Positions 42,462-56,738 of a stretch of DNA of 64,000 nt are shown here, piece after piece. The position numbers and the translations under genes are program-made. The DNA comes from Eledone cirrhosa (taxonomy: Eukaryota). How positions within the stretch are numbered: position 1 is the first letter of the stretch; each line of letters starts with the position of its first letter. The notes beneath the pieces are model-generated. The model saw nothing but the letters and a program-made list of their open reading frames with translations, was not told the origin of the DNA and did no database searches. The DNA is taken from assembly GCA_964016885.1 (NCBI GenBank), contig OZ024766.1:3286001-3350000 (forward strand), written 5' to 3'.

Positions 42462-43450
42462 ACCCAGCCCACACTGTAAAGTTGTCGTGTAAAAGACACA
42501 GCAAAGAACACCCAGCCCACACTGTAAAGTGGACGTGTAAAAGACACAGCAAAAAGCACCCAGTCCACACTGTAAAGTGGACAAGTAAAAGACAGCAAAA
42601 AGCACCCAGTCCACACTGTAAAGTGGACAAGTAAAAGACAGCAAAAAGCACCCAGTACTCACTGTAAAGTTGTCGTGTAAAACACACAGCAAAAAGCACC
42701 CAGTACTCACTGTAAAGTGGACGTGTAAAAGACACAGCAAAGAGCACCCAGTACTCACTGTAAAGTTGTTGTGTAAAAGACACGGCAGAAAGCACCCAGT
42801 CCACACTGTAAAGTTGTCGTGTAAAAGACACAGCCAAAAGCACCCAGTACTCACTGTAAAGTTGTTGTGTAAAAGACACAGCAAAAAGCACCCAGCACAC
42901 ACTGTAAAGTGGACGTGTAAAAGACACTGCAAAAAGCACCCAGCACACACTGTAAAGTTGTTGTGTAAAAGACACAGCAAAAAGCACCCAGCACACACTG
43001 TAAAGTGGACGTGTAAAAGACACTGCAAAAAGCACCCAGCACTCACTGTAAAGTTGTCGTGTAAAAGACACGGCAGAAAGCACCCAGTCCACACTGTAAA
43101 GTTGTCGTGTAAAAGACACAGCCAAAAGCACCCAGTACTCACTGTAAAGTTGTCGTGTAAAAGACACAGCAAAAAGCACCCAGTACTCACTGTAAAGTTG
43201 TCGTGTAAAAGACACGGCAGAAAGCACCCAGTCCACACTGTAAAGTTGTCGTGTAAAAGACACAGCCAAAAGCACCCAGTACTCACTGTAAAGTTGTCGT
43301 GTAAAAGACACAGCAAAAAGCACCCAGCACACACTGTAAATGAGGTTGGTGTTAGGAAGGGCATCCAGCTGTAGAAATCAAGCCAGAATCAGTTCCCGTC
43401 CCACCCTTGCAAGCAGGGAAAAGCGGATGTAAAATGAAATGAATGAAATG
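42462..43450 (+). repeat. 48-bp x~18 array running into a SINE 3' half (43320-43450)
   Basis: Unit AAAAGCACCCAGTACTCACTGTAAAGTTGTCGTGTAAAAGACACAGC is homologous to the SINE interior. Confidence 0.9.
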
Positions 43451-43603
43451 AATATGTAGGTTACACGACAAAAACTTTATAGGTTACGCAAGAAAAATGT
43501 TATATTTCAGCCATTATTGAAATGGTCAACTTCATTGGATTTTCAATGTAATTTAGTTTGTATTTAGTACTAGCACAAGTAACTCACTGTACTGCCCACA
43601 CTG

Positions 43604-43676
<73 letters not shown>

Positions 43677-43680
43677 TTAT

Positions 43681-43720
<40 letters not shown>

Positions 43721-43915
43721 GTGTGTGTGTATATATGTATGTATAGACATATACACAGATAAATGTTTGTGTGTGTATAATTAATAAAAGCTCATAAATT
43801 AAACCATTAAAACATAAATATATGTATGTGTATATACACCCACACATATTCATACATATGTACGCACATAATTATGTATACATGTGTATATATATATATA
43901 AACATATATATATAT

Positions 43916-43967
<52 letters not shown>

Positions 43968-44007
43968 GTATATATATATATGTATATGTATATATATATG
44001 TATAACA

Positions 44008-44044
<37 letters not shown>

Positions 44045-44186
44045 ATATATATACATACATGCACGTAACCATCATTTGTATTCGATGACATCCACTTAAG
44101 ATGATGAAATTGTATTTTATTTACATATAAATATTGCTGTTGTTGTTGTCGTTGTATGGTGGTGGTTGTGGTAGTAGAGGGTAGCA

Positions 44187-44978
44187 GACTTTAATATTTA
44201 ATGTGATGTAGTCATAGTGTTGTTTTGTACTAATTGTTTATAGTATCTTTACTGGTGGACAGATTGTTGTGACAATTTACAGTATTACAGTAAAGACTTT
44301 AATATCTAATGTGATGTAGTCATAGTGTTGTTTTGTACTAAATGTTTATAGTATCTTTACTGGTGGACAGATTGTTGTGAATATTTACAGTATTACAGTA
44401 AAGACTTTAATATTTAATGTGATGTAGTCATAGTGTTGTTTTGTACTAAATGTTTATAGTATCTTTACTGGTGGACAGATTGTTGTGAATATTTACAGTA
44501 TTACAGTAAAGACTTTAATATTTAATGTGATGTAGTCATAGTGTTGTTTTGTACTAAATGTTTATAGTATCTTTACTGGTGGACAGATTGTTGTGAATAT
44601 TTACAGTATTACAGTAAAGACTTTAATATTTAATGTGATGTAGTCATAGTGTTGTTTTGTACTAAATGTTTATAGTATCTTTACTGGTGGACAGATTGTT
44701 GTGAATATTTACAGTATTACAGTAAAGACTTTAATATTTAATGGGATGTAGTCATAGTGTTGTTTTGTACTAAATGTTTATAGTATCTTTACTGGTGGAC
44801 AGATTGTTGTGAATATTTACAGTATTACAGTAAAGACTTTAATATTTAATGTGATGTAGTCATAGTGTTGTTTTGTACTAAATGTTTATAGTATCTTTAC
44901 TGGTGGACAGATTGTTGTGAAAATTTACAGTATTACAGTAAAGACTTTAATATTATTCCTGATGCAGTCATAGTGTTG
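44187..44978 (-). repeat. 108-bp satellite, ~7.3 copies, inverted relative to 22751-23977
   Basis: Reverse complement of the same unit. Confidence 0.95.
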
Positions 44979-45074
44979 AGAGAAAATAAAGGACAAAAGA
45001 TAGGACACAAACAGACATATACCCTGCTAGGAAGATAGCACACATGTGAATATATATATATTTAAAGTCTGTCT

Positions 45075-45312
45075 CATGCCAGGAGGCTCGTTAGGATGGT
45101 GCTTTTCCCAGTTCCCCAACTGAGAGTAGAGGACTAGTCCTGGACAGGATACCAGGCCATCACAAGGTTAAATGCCCAGATACTGCTTGTACACATTTTC
45201 AGCTGGGTATACTGCAGCAACATGAAATGAAATATTTTGCTCAAGAATACAACATACAACCCAACCCAGGCATTGAAACCAAACCACTATGATCATAAGT
45301 TCAACACTTTAC
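45075..45312 (-). mobile_element. Old diverged CORE-type SINE
   Basis: AGCAACATGAAATGAAATATTTTGCTCAAG resembles the CORE block (reverse complement); B-box remnant. Confidence 0.5.
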
Positions 45313-45411
45313 CTATCTGTGTGTGTATATATATATACATATATATATATATGTATATATATATGTATGTATATGTATATATATGTATGTATAAGTATAT
45401 ATATATATATG

Positions 45412-45506
<95 letters not shown>

Positions 45507-45565
45507 ATATATATGTATGTATATGTATATATATGTATGTATATGTATATATATGTATGTATAAG

Positions 45566-45615
<50 letters not shown>

Positions 45616-45819
45616 TATATGTATATATATATATATGTGTATATGTATATATATATGTATGTATATGTATATATATAAATATATATATAGAGAGAAATAT
45701 ATGTGCATATGAATATATATATACATTGTGTATATATATATATATTCACACAAACACATGCACACACACATATATATATATATGTGTGTGTGTATGTATA
45801 TATATGCATATATATATAA

Positions 45820-45894
<75 letters not shown>

Positions 45895-46052
45895 TGTGTG
45901 TATGAGCCAGTCTGTGTATACACATGGAATTCATCATAATTAAATCTTTTAATGACCAAGTCATATATTTTCCCACTAAGACATGTATGTTAAATGTTTT
46001 GGTTGACCTTTAAAGGACATATTTTACTGTATTTTGGTAGGTTAGTGGCTGA

Positions 46053-46092
<40 letters not shown>

Positions 46093-46247
46093 GTATAATT
46101 ATATAGATCAGTTAACGTCCACACTCCCTGCTAACAAGGGTGTGTGTATGTATGTAAGTAGAAGGGGTATTTAATTTGTTGGAAGTCCGACAAATATAAA
46201 TGTTTATAACTGATTTAGAGCACTCAACAAGTACCTGGAGTAAATAT

Positions 46248-46292
<45 letters not shown>

Positions 46293-46407
46293 CATTTATA
46301 TTTGTTGAATTACCAACAAATTGAATATTCCTTCTGCTTATACACACATATATGTATATATATATATATATATATATGTGTATATATATATATCTTATTT
46401 CTCATTA

Positions 46408-46446
46408 TTTCTTCTGATGAAGGACTAGTGTCCAAAACGTTAAGAA
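46408..46446 (+). ncRNA. Minimal hammerhead (family A) with G12>A core change
   Basis: TTCTT-CTGATGA-A-GGAC-tagt-GTCC-AAAAC-GTT-AAGAA. Confidence 0.55.
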
Positions 46447-46517
46447 CCTCTTCCTGCTATTCTAATAAATATTGCCTGTACAGGTACTCAAAGTATGTAA
46501 ACGTTTTTGGGGACACC

Positions 46518-46561
<44 letters not shown>

Positions 46562-46780
46562 ATAATAATAATACTTATACTTATATATGTTAAATAGATT
46601 CTCTACATGATGTCTAGGACACTAACAACATTTATGTATCTACCTGAATATGCTGAAGACTAGGATTTTAATCACCTGTTTAGATATTCCCTATGCTCTG
46701 CTGAATCCAGACATCCCTCTAGAAGAAACAATTGTCAGCAAATAAATGTATTAAACTAAGATTTGATTGTTTTAACACTT

Positions 46781-46822
<42 letters not shown>

Positions 46823-46825
<3 letters not shown>

Positions 46826-47142
46826 TCATTTTTTACGTCCGCTTCTCCCTGCTTGCAAGGGTGGGATGGGAACTGATTCTGGCTTGATTTCTACAGCTGG
46901 ATGCCCTTCCTAACACCAACCTCATTTACAGTGAGTGCTGGGTGCTTTTTTGCCGTGGCGCCTCCACGACCACTTTGCAGTGGAATGATAGGGACCCCAG
47001 TCCCTATCATCTCATTTCTACAGCTGAGTAAACTGGAGCAATGTGAAATAAAGTGTCTTGTTCAAAGAAACAACACATCACGCGGTCTGAGAATTGAACT
47101 CACAACAAGGCCAATGCTCTAACCACTAAGCCATGTGCCTCC
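46823..47142 (-). mobile_element. tRNA/CORE SINE
   Basis: Family match with a small head deletion. Confidence 0.9.
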
Positions 47143-47225
47143 CATATATATATAGTTATGTTATAAACAACATAAGACAATTATTCCATTTACCAAAGGT
47201 TTCACGAAGAGACGAGCTTGACACA

Positions 47226-47317
<92 letters not shown>

Positions 47318-47324
47318 CACACAT

Positions 47325-47648
47325 GGAGGCACATGGCTTAGTGGTTAGTAGAGCACTGGCCTTGCAATCGAAAGGTTGTGAGTTCAATTCTCAGACCTTG
47401 AGCAAGACACTTTATTTCACATTGCTCCAGTTTACTCAGCTGTAGAAATGAGATGATAGGGACTGGGGTCCCTATCATTCCACTGCAAAGTGGTCGTGGA
47501 GGTGCCACGGCAAAAAAGCACCCAGCACTCACTGTAAATGAGGTTGGTGTTAGGAAGGGCATCCAGCTGTAGAAATCAAGCCAGAATCAGTTCCCGTCCC
47601 ACCTTGCAAGCAGGGAAAAGTGGACGTAAAATGAAATGATGATGATGA
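47325..47648 (+). mobile_element. tRNA/CORE SINE
   Basis: Family match; head-to-head with the previous copy. Confidence 0.9.
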
Positions 47649-47657
47649 TATATATAT

Positions 47658-47735
<78 letters not shown>

Positions 47736-47879
47736 GAAAAAGTGGAGAATAATATGGTCAACAGTACAAAAAAGGGGATTTATTTGCAGTCTAACAATTG
47801 TTTCACTTATAAAGATGTCTAAAAATTGCTGAACACTAAACACAGTGCCACTCAATTTTAAATATGATGTTAACTCTAC

Positions 47880-47928
<49 letters not shown>

Positions 47929-48206
47929 ATATATATAAGTGACTGGTGGTGCCCCAGCATGGACACAGCCTAACAACTGAAACCAACAAAAGGCACAAAA
48001 GAACCTATAAATAGGTATAGTGCTGCTGCTGATTACGGTGATGTTACAGTTACTGCTGCTGCTGTTGTTGTTGTTGTTGTTGTTGTTGCTGTTGCTGGTG
48101 TTACTGCTACTGCTGCTGCTGCTGTTGTTGTTGTTGTTGTTGTTGTTGCTGTTGCTGGTGTTACTGCTACTGCTGCTGCTGCTGCTGTTACTACTACTAC
48201 TGCTGC

Positions 48207-48237
<31 letters not shown>

Positions 48238-48986
48238 GCTGCTACTGCTGCTGCTGTTGCTGCTGTTGTTATTACTACTACTACTACTACTGTTACTGCT
48301 GCTGCTGTTGCTGCTGTTACTGCTGCTGCTGCTGTTGTTACTACTACTACTACTACTACTGTTACTGCTGTTGCTGTTGCTGTTGCTGCTGCAACTGCTA
48401 CTGCTGCTGTTGTTACTACTACTACTGCTGCAACTGCTGCTGCGTTATTACTACTACTACTACTGCTGCTGCTACAGCTGCTGTTGCTGCTGCAACTGCT
48501 GCAACTGCTGCAACTGCTGCAACTGCTGCAGCTACACGCAACAATCCGCAGTCAAGTATGTTCTGTATCTGTATATTATTGTTGCGAGGTCGTCGTTCGA
48601 TGGAGAGAGGGGGGAGGGGGGGGGAGAGAGGGGGGAAGGGGGAGAGAGGGGGGAGAAAGAGAGAGAGGAGGGGTAGAGGCAGAGAAAGAGGGAGAGAGAG
48701 AGAGAGAGAGGGGTAAGAGAGAGAGGGGGAGAAGGGGAGAGAGAGAGAAAGAGGGAGAGAGAGAGAGAGAGAGAGAGAGGGGGAGAGAAGAGAGTGTATG
48801 TGTGTATGTGTGTGTATGTGTTTCTATGTATATATGTGTGTGTATGTGAGTGTGTTTGTATGTGCATGTGTGTATGTATGTATATGTGTGTATATGTGCG
48901 TGTCTGTGTATATGTGTGTGTATGTATGTATGTATGTATGTATGTATATGTGTGTATGCATATATATATGTATGTATGTGTATATG

Positions 48987-49019
<33 letters not shown>

Positions 49020-49921
49020 GTATATGTATATATGTATGTATATATGTATGTATGTATGTGTATATGTATATATGTATGTATGTATGTATGTATATGTGTA
49101 TATATGTATGTATGTATGTATATGTGTGTATATATGTATGTATGTATGTATATGTGTGTATATATGTATGTATGTATGTATATGTATGTACATGTATGTA
49201 TGTATGTGTGTATATGTATGTATGTGTATATGTATGTATGTATATGTATGTATATATATATATGTATGTGTATGTATATATATATGTGTGGAGGGGTAGA
49301 GAGAGGGAAGGGGATACAGTGGAGGGGGGGTAGGCAGCACCACTGGCAGAAACTAGAGAAGGGACTAGATAATGTTCTCTCCGTTGTTTTGGTTAGCTCC
49401 GGGGGGGGGGACTGGTGGTGGGGGGAGGGGGGAGGAGGGGGGGGGGGGGGGTATATGGGGGGTGGAGGTAGAGGGGTGGAGCGGGGCAGAGCAGGGTGGT
49501 GGAGCGGGAGGGAAAGCTAGTGGTAGGGGGAGGGGGGATCTGGGGAGTGGGGGGGAGTGGAGAATAGGAGGAGAGGGGGAGAGCTCATTATCATTATTAT
49601 TGTTGTTATTATTGTTATTATTATTTTTTTTATTGTTGTTCTTATTACTGTTGTTGTTGTTGTTGTTGTTATTAATTTTCTAGAAATGAGGACAAATCTA
49701 TTATCATCACCATAACCACCATCATAACCACCACCATCACCACCACTATCATCACCACCACCACCACAACCACCACCACCACAACCATCATCACCATAAC
49801 CACCACCACCACCACCACCACCATCATCATCACCATGACCACCACCACCACCACCACCACCATCATCATCACCATAACCACCACCACCACCACCATCATC
49901 ACCACCATAATATATATATAT

Positions 49922-50540
<619 letters not shown>

Positions 50541-50957
50541 TATATATATACATATATATATGTATATATATGTATGTATATATATCAAAAGTATGTAAGT
50601 CATCTGTCGTAAATGTGATGTGCAGTGGTTGGTGCAGGAATGGTGTAGAGTATCCATTAAAACAACAACAGAACGCCGGACTGGAAAATTTACTTCAGAA
50701 TTTTAATTCCATTAAAGTACTATACATTTTTTTATGGCAGAGCCCTATCATCTGATTATGATGTGAGACTAGGCGACTTCATCAGGTGTTGATTGCAGAA
50801 TTTAACACCAGGATTACGTTGAACACAAACAGAGAATATAAGATAGTAAAATAGAAAATAGAGGATGGATTCAATTTGGGGACAGCCTGTCAATTCAGCA
50901 TTAAGGCCATGACAGATCGCGTGTGTGTGTATATATGTATATAAATATATAAATATA

Positions 50958-51029
<72 letters not shown>

Positions 51030-51206
51030 CATATATATATGTATGTATATACATATATATGTATGTATATACATATATATATGTGTGCATATATATATAT
51101 ATATATATGTATATGTATATATATATAAACAATATATATATATATATATGTATGTATATATATATATACATATATATATGTATATATATATACATATATA
51201 TATATG

Positions 51207-51241
<35 letters not shown>

Positions 51242-51395
51242 TGTTTATATATATATATATATTGTTTATATATATATATATATGCATATATATATGTGTA
51301 TATACATACATATATATATATATATGTATATACATATATATATGTGCATATATATATATATATATAAACAATATATATATATATATATATAAACA

Positions 51396-51469
<74 letters not shown>

Positions 51470-51521
51470 ATACATATATATATATGTATATATATATATA
51501 CATACATATATGTAGATATAT

Positions 51522-51604
<83 letters not shown>

Positions 51605-51728
51605 CACACACACTCTAATGATGAAGTAACATTTATAATAATGATCTCACCCTAACCCCATTTCCTTCATTCTTTTGTTGCCACTGCCCCAGCTGGGGCC
51701 ACCTCTGCTGCTGCTGCTGCTGCTGCTG

Positions 51729-52418
51729 CTATTCTCTATAGATGCCATACACAACAGCTGTGCAGTACCACCCAGCGGCCTCGTAGGTGTAGCAGGCGCA
51801 CCCATCAGTGTACACGTCCCACGAACAACGACTGCACACCACCGCACCCTGCTCCTTCTTCTCGCCGAGCGCCACGTGGCACACAATCTTGTAGCGGTCG
51901 AATTCGAGGGCCTTTACATAGTCGCGGATCTCCTCGCTGAGGTAAGTGACCAGCCTGGCCCCGCACCGCGGCGCGTACTCCACGTGGCGCAGGTTCTCGT
52001 GGAGGGTGCGCTTTATCGCCGCCAGGGGGCTCAGCTCGTTCGGGAAGCGCCTGACCGGTTCCAGCCTGTGGGTCCGGTCCCTCTTGTGGCCGGCCCCCAA
52101 TAGGCTCCCCGGGGCCGTTGCCGGTGCCGCGTTCTGGCCGTGTCTCCTCTCGTAGAGGCGGTCCGAGATCCTCTTGGCTAGTTTCTTGGATGCGAGCAGG
52201 CCGAGCAGGGAAGCTGTGTTGCCGCCGCCACACTCTTGTGGCCTCCCCATGCCCTGCCCGAACAAGCCTGGCCACCTCACAGATGCTGGCTCGTTCGGCC
52301 TCCCGACATCTGCTGCCGCCGCCGCTGTCGCCACCCCCCTCTTTCCACCATCGCCGCCGCCACCACCACCGGCCTGAGCACTGCCATCACTGATAACATT
52401 CATCATTGCACCAATCAT
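51729..52418 (-). CDS. Tctex-1 domain dynein light chain (TCTEX1D/DYNLT-like), 229 aa, intronless
   Basis: C-terminal THRLEP..F..IKRTLHENL..EY..LSEEIRDYVKALEFDRYKIVCHVALGEKKEQGAVVCSRCSWD..TD..Y..CTAVVYGIYRE; ATG at 52418 follows an in-frame TGA; GC-rich island. Confidence 0.92.
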   Translation of the reverse strand: MIGAMMNVISDGSAQAGGGGGGDGGKRGVATAAAAADVGRPNEPASVRWPGLFGQGMGRPQECGGGNTASLLGLLASKKLAKRISDRLYERRHGQNAAPATAPGSLLGAGHKRDRTHRLEPVRRFPNELSPLAAIKRTLHENLRHVEYAPRCGARLVTYLSEEIRDYVKALEFDRYKIVCHVALGEKKEQGAVVCSRCSWDVYTDGCACYTYEAAGWYCTAVVYGIYRE

Positions 52419-52429
52419 CGATGATCAAT

Positions 52430-52860
52430 AGCCAATAGCCAATCACCAATAATCAATAATCAATAATCAATAGCCAATCACCAATAACCAATCACCAATA
52501 ATCAATCACCAATAATCAATCAACACTAATCAATAACCAATAATCAATAACCAATCACCAATAATCAATCACCAATGATCAATAACTAATAACCAATTAC
52601 CAATCGTCAATAATCCATAACCAATAATCAATCACCAACCACCAGTCGTCAATAATCAAAAACCAATCACCAATTGTCAATAGTCAATCACCAATAATCA
52701 ATCACCAATTGTTAATAATCAATAACCAATCATCAATTGGCAATAATCAATAATCAATAACCAATCGTCAATAACCAATGACCAATAATCAATAATCAAT
52801 CACCAATTGTCAATGACCAATCACCAATAATCAATAACCAATCCCCTATTGTCAATAACA
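52430..52860. repeat. Degenerate 7-mer array (AATCACC/AATAATC)
   Basis: Direct. Confidence 0.85.
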
Positions 52861-52906
52861 GTGATATATTAATTGCACCAAAACTATTGGTCAGTAAAGT
52901 CACCTT

Positions 52907-54260
52907 ACTGGTCACCTCCACTGGTCAGTTAATGGTACAGTCCTGGTCACCTCCTCTGGTCAGTTAATGGTACAGTCCTGGTCACCTCCTCTGGTCAGTT
53001 AATGGTACAGTCCTGGTCACCTCCTCTGGTCAGTTAATGGTACAGTCCTGGTCACCTCCTCTGGTCAGTTAATGGTACAGTCCTGGTCACCTCCTCTGGT
53101 CAGTTAATGGTACAGTCCTGGTCACCTCCACTGGTCAGTTAATGGTACAGTCCTGGTCACCTCCACTGGTCAGTTAATGGTACAGTCCTGGTCACCTCCT
53201 CTGGTCAGTTAATGGTACAGTCCTGGTCACCTCCACTGGTCAGTTAATGGTACAGTCCTGGTCACCTCCACTGGTCAGTTAATGGTACAGTCCTGGTCAC
53301 CTCCACTGGTCAGTTAATGGTACAGTCCTGGTCACCTCCACTGGTCAGTTAATGGTACAATCCTGGTCACCTCTTCTGGTCAGTTAATGGTACAGTCCTG
53401 GTCACATCCACTGGTCAGTTAATGGTACAGTCCTGGTCACATCCACTGGTCAGTTAATGGTACAGTCCTGGTCACCTCCTCTGGTCAGTTAATGGTACAA
53501 TCCTGGTCACCTCCTCTGGTCAGTTAATGGTACAATCCTGGTCACCTCCTCTGGTCAGTTAATGGTACAATCCTGGTCACCTCTTCTGGTCAGTTAATGG
53601 TACAGTCCTGGTCACATCCACTGGTCAGTTAATGGTACAGTCCTGGTCACCTCCTCTGGTCAGTTAATGGTACAATCCTGGTCACCTCCACTGGTCAGTT
53701 AATGGTACAGTCCTGGTCACCTCCTCTGGTCAGTTAATGGTACAGTCCTGGTCACATCCACTGGTCAGTTAATGGTACAGTCCTGGTCACCTCCTCTGGT
53801 CAGTTAATGGTACAGTCCTGGTCACCTCCTCTGGTCAGTTAATGGTACAATCCTGGTCACATCCACTGGTCAGTTAATGGTACAATCCTGGTCACCTCCT
53901 CTGGTCAGTTAATGGTACAATCCTGGTCACCTCTTCTGGTCAGTTAATGGTACAGTCCTGGTCACCTCCTCTGGTCAGTTAATGGTACAATCCTGGTCAC
54001 CTCCACTGGTCAGTTAATGGTACAATCCTGGTCACCTCCTCTGGTCAGTTAATGGTACAATCCTGGTCACCTCCACTGGTCAGTTAATGGTACAGTCCTG
54101 GTCACCTCCACTGGTCAGTTAATGGTACAATCCTGGTCACCTCCACTGGTCAGTTAATGGTACAGTCCTGGTCACCTCCTCTGGTCAGTTAATGGTACAG
54201 TCCTGGTCACCTCTTCTGGTCAGTTAATGGTACAGTCCTGGTCACCTCCTCTGGTCAGTT
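52907..54260. repeat. 35-bp minisatellite, ~38 copies
   Basis: CTGGTCAGTTAATGGTACAGTCCTGGTCACCTCCT. Confidence 0.95.
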
Positions 54261-54264
54261 ATAT

Positions 54265-54810
54265 CTAGACAGTGTATCTAGGACTACATTATCTAATGTG
54301 TCCTGTCTTATATTCAGACACGGTGTATCTAGGACTACATTATCTAATGTACAGTTAGTATTTGTGGCTATCAGACACAGTGTATCTAGGACTACATTAT
54401 CTAATGTACAGTTAGTATTTGTGGCTACCAGACACAGTGTACCTAGGACTACATTATCTAATGTACAGTTAGTGTTTGTGGCTATCAGACACGGTGTATC
54501 TAGGACTACATTATCTAATGTACAGTTAGTATTTGTGGCTATCAGACACAGTGTATCTAGGACTACATTATCTAATGTACAGTTAGTGTTTGTGGCTATC
54601 AGACACAGTGTATCTAGGACTACATTATCTAATGTACAGTTAGTGTTTGTGGCTATCAGACACAGTGTATCTAGGACTACATTATCTAATGTACAGTTAG
54701 TATTTGTGGCTATCAGACACAGTGTATCGAGGACTACATTATCTAATGTACAGTTAGTGTTTGTGGCTATCAGACATAGTGTATCTAGGACTACATTATC
54801 CAATGTGTCC
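54265..54810. repeat. 57-bp minisatellite, ~9.5 copies
   Basis: Direct. Confidence 0.95.
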
Positions 54811-54922
54811 TTTTCTACTTGAAAATCCGACAGGACTATAATATATAATGAGGTAACACCTAGCCTACAACAAAGCAGGTAAGTTGATTGGCTTACAGGT
54901 AGCTACAGGTAATATATATTAC

Positions 54923-54963
54923 CTTCTTCTTCTCGTTAAAGGTGACCTCTTCAGAATTAATGG
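54923..54963 (-). other. Candidate 41-nt exon
   Basis: ttattttctcag| ... AAG|gtaata. Confidence 0.45.
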
Positions 54964-55221
54964 CTGAGAAAATAAATTTGGTTAAAAACCAAATGTGACA
55001 GTTGATATTGTTGTTGTTGTGGTGGTGATGGTGGTGGTGATGGTGTTGTGGTGGTGGTGATGGTGGTGGTGGTGTTGTGATGGTGGTGCTGTTGTTGTTG
55101 TGGTGGTGGTGGGGATGTGGGTGGTTGGGGGGGCGTCAGCTGTGGCGGGGGGGGGGGGGTTGTGGTGGTGGTGGTGTTGTTGATTGAAAGTGTGTGATTA
55201 TATATATATATAAATATATAT

Positions 55222-55555
55222 ATAGTGAAAGAGTGAAGAATAACATGCTCAACAGTACAAAAACGCTTTTATTTACAGTATTAACAATAGTTTCATTGAT
55301 TAGGGTGTCTAAAGATTGCTAATCACTTGAAGTCGTGTCACTCAATCTTAAATACATGTATGCTTAACCAAATCATTGGAATAACTGATCAGTTATTCTG
55401 ATGATTTGGTTAGGCATACATGTATTTAAAATTGAGTGACACGACTTCAAGTGATTAGCAATCTTTAGACACCCTAATCAATGAAACTATTGTTAATACT
55501 GTAAATAAATCCCTTTTTGTGCAGCCGATCATGTTATTCTTCACCCTTTCACTAT
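55222..55555. mobile_element. Fold-back element, 167-bp imperfect arms, no spacer
   Basis: Centre AATAACTGA|TCAGTTATT at 55388/55389; diverged single-arm relative at 47735-47875. Confidence 0.8.
55393..55508 (+). ncRNA. Type I hammerhead with long stem-II insertion
   Basis: TTATT/AATAA stem I; CTGATGA 55398-55404; TTGGTTAGG/CCTAATCAA stem II after a U-U pair; GAAAC 55483-55487; GTA 55501-55503. Confidence 0.65.
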
Positions 55556-55599
55556 TATTACTCCAAGAATAACCTACATAGGAATTCCTGGGAACTCAC

Positions 55600-55650
55600 C
55601 ACCTAACTAAGGAAACCTCTTGTTGTGTCAAACAATGGTGTACGTTAAAA
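55600..55650 (-). other. Candidate 51-nt exon
   Basis: Donor GTG|gtgagt is strong; acceptor is weak. Confidence 0.25.
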
Positions 55651-55799
55651 CTATCCACAAACCACCACCACACTGCCACCACACCACAACACCACCACCA
55701 CACCACCACAACCACCACATCCCCACCACATCGCCACACTGCCACCACACCACACGACCACACCACCATCACACCACCACTCCACCACCACCACAACAC

Positions 55800-56490
55800 C
55801 ACACCATCACCTCATGTACAAACTTAATAGCCCAACACTGAACCACCTCACCACACCACCACACCACCACAATACCACACCACCACCACATCCCCACCAC
55901 AATACCACACCGCCACCACCACACCACACCACCACCACACCACCACAACACCACACCACCACCACCACACCACCACACCACCACCACAACACCACACCAC
56001 ACCACCACCACCACACCATACCACCACCACCACAACACCACACCACCACACCACACCTCACCACCACATGTACAAACTTAATAGCCCAACACTGAACCAC
56101 CTCACCACACCACCACACCACCACAACACCACACCATCACCTCATGTACAAACTTAATAGCCCAACACTGAACCACCTCACCACACCACCACACCACCAC
56201 ACCACCACACCATCACCTCATGTACAAACTTAATAGCCCAACACTGAACCACCTCACCACACCACCACACCACCACACCACCACACCATCACCTCATGTA
56301 CAAACTTAATAGCCCAACACTGAACCACCTCACCACACCACCACACCACCACACCACCACACCATCACCTCATGTACAAACTTAATAGCCCAACACTGAA
56401 CCACCTCACCACACCACCACACCACCACACCACCACTTCCACACCACACCACCACCTCATGTACCAAGTTAATAGCCCAACACTGTACCA
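55800..56490. repeat. 76-bp repeat: constant CATGTACAAACTTAATAGCCCAACACTGAACC block plus (CCA) linker
   Basis: Block at 55813, 56067, 56143, 56219, 56295, 56371, 56458. Confidence 0.9.
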
Positions 56491-56703
56491 CCAGCACAGT
56501 TCAACCTTCACACCCACTGACCTGCATCCCCCACCCCACCCCACTCCACCCCCCTCATACATAACCGACCCACCAAACCTGACCCCTGAAGTGCTCCCCT
56601 CTCAACCCTCAGCCCGCCCCTCTATCTAACCCAGCAGTTACTCAAAGAACACTAGACCAATCTATATTTGATTGCTGCCTATGAAAAAGCAATAAGAATC
56701 ATT

Positions 56704-56738
<35 letters not shown>

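Noticed and set aside
48530-49400. Unique islands possibly encoding GAIN-like peptides (DDLATIIYRYRTYL)
   Set aside because: No consistent splice sites or frame could be established.
55800-56490. CRISPR-like repeat/spacer pattern (also 24787-25135)
   Set aside because: Spacers are microsatellite, the context is eukaryotic, and there are no cas genes.
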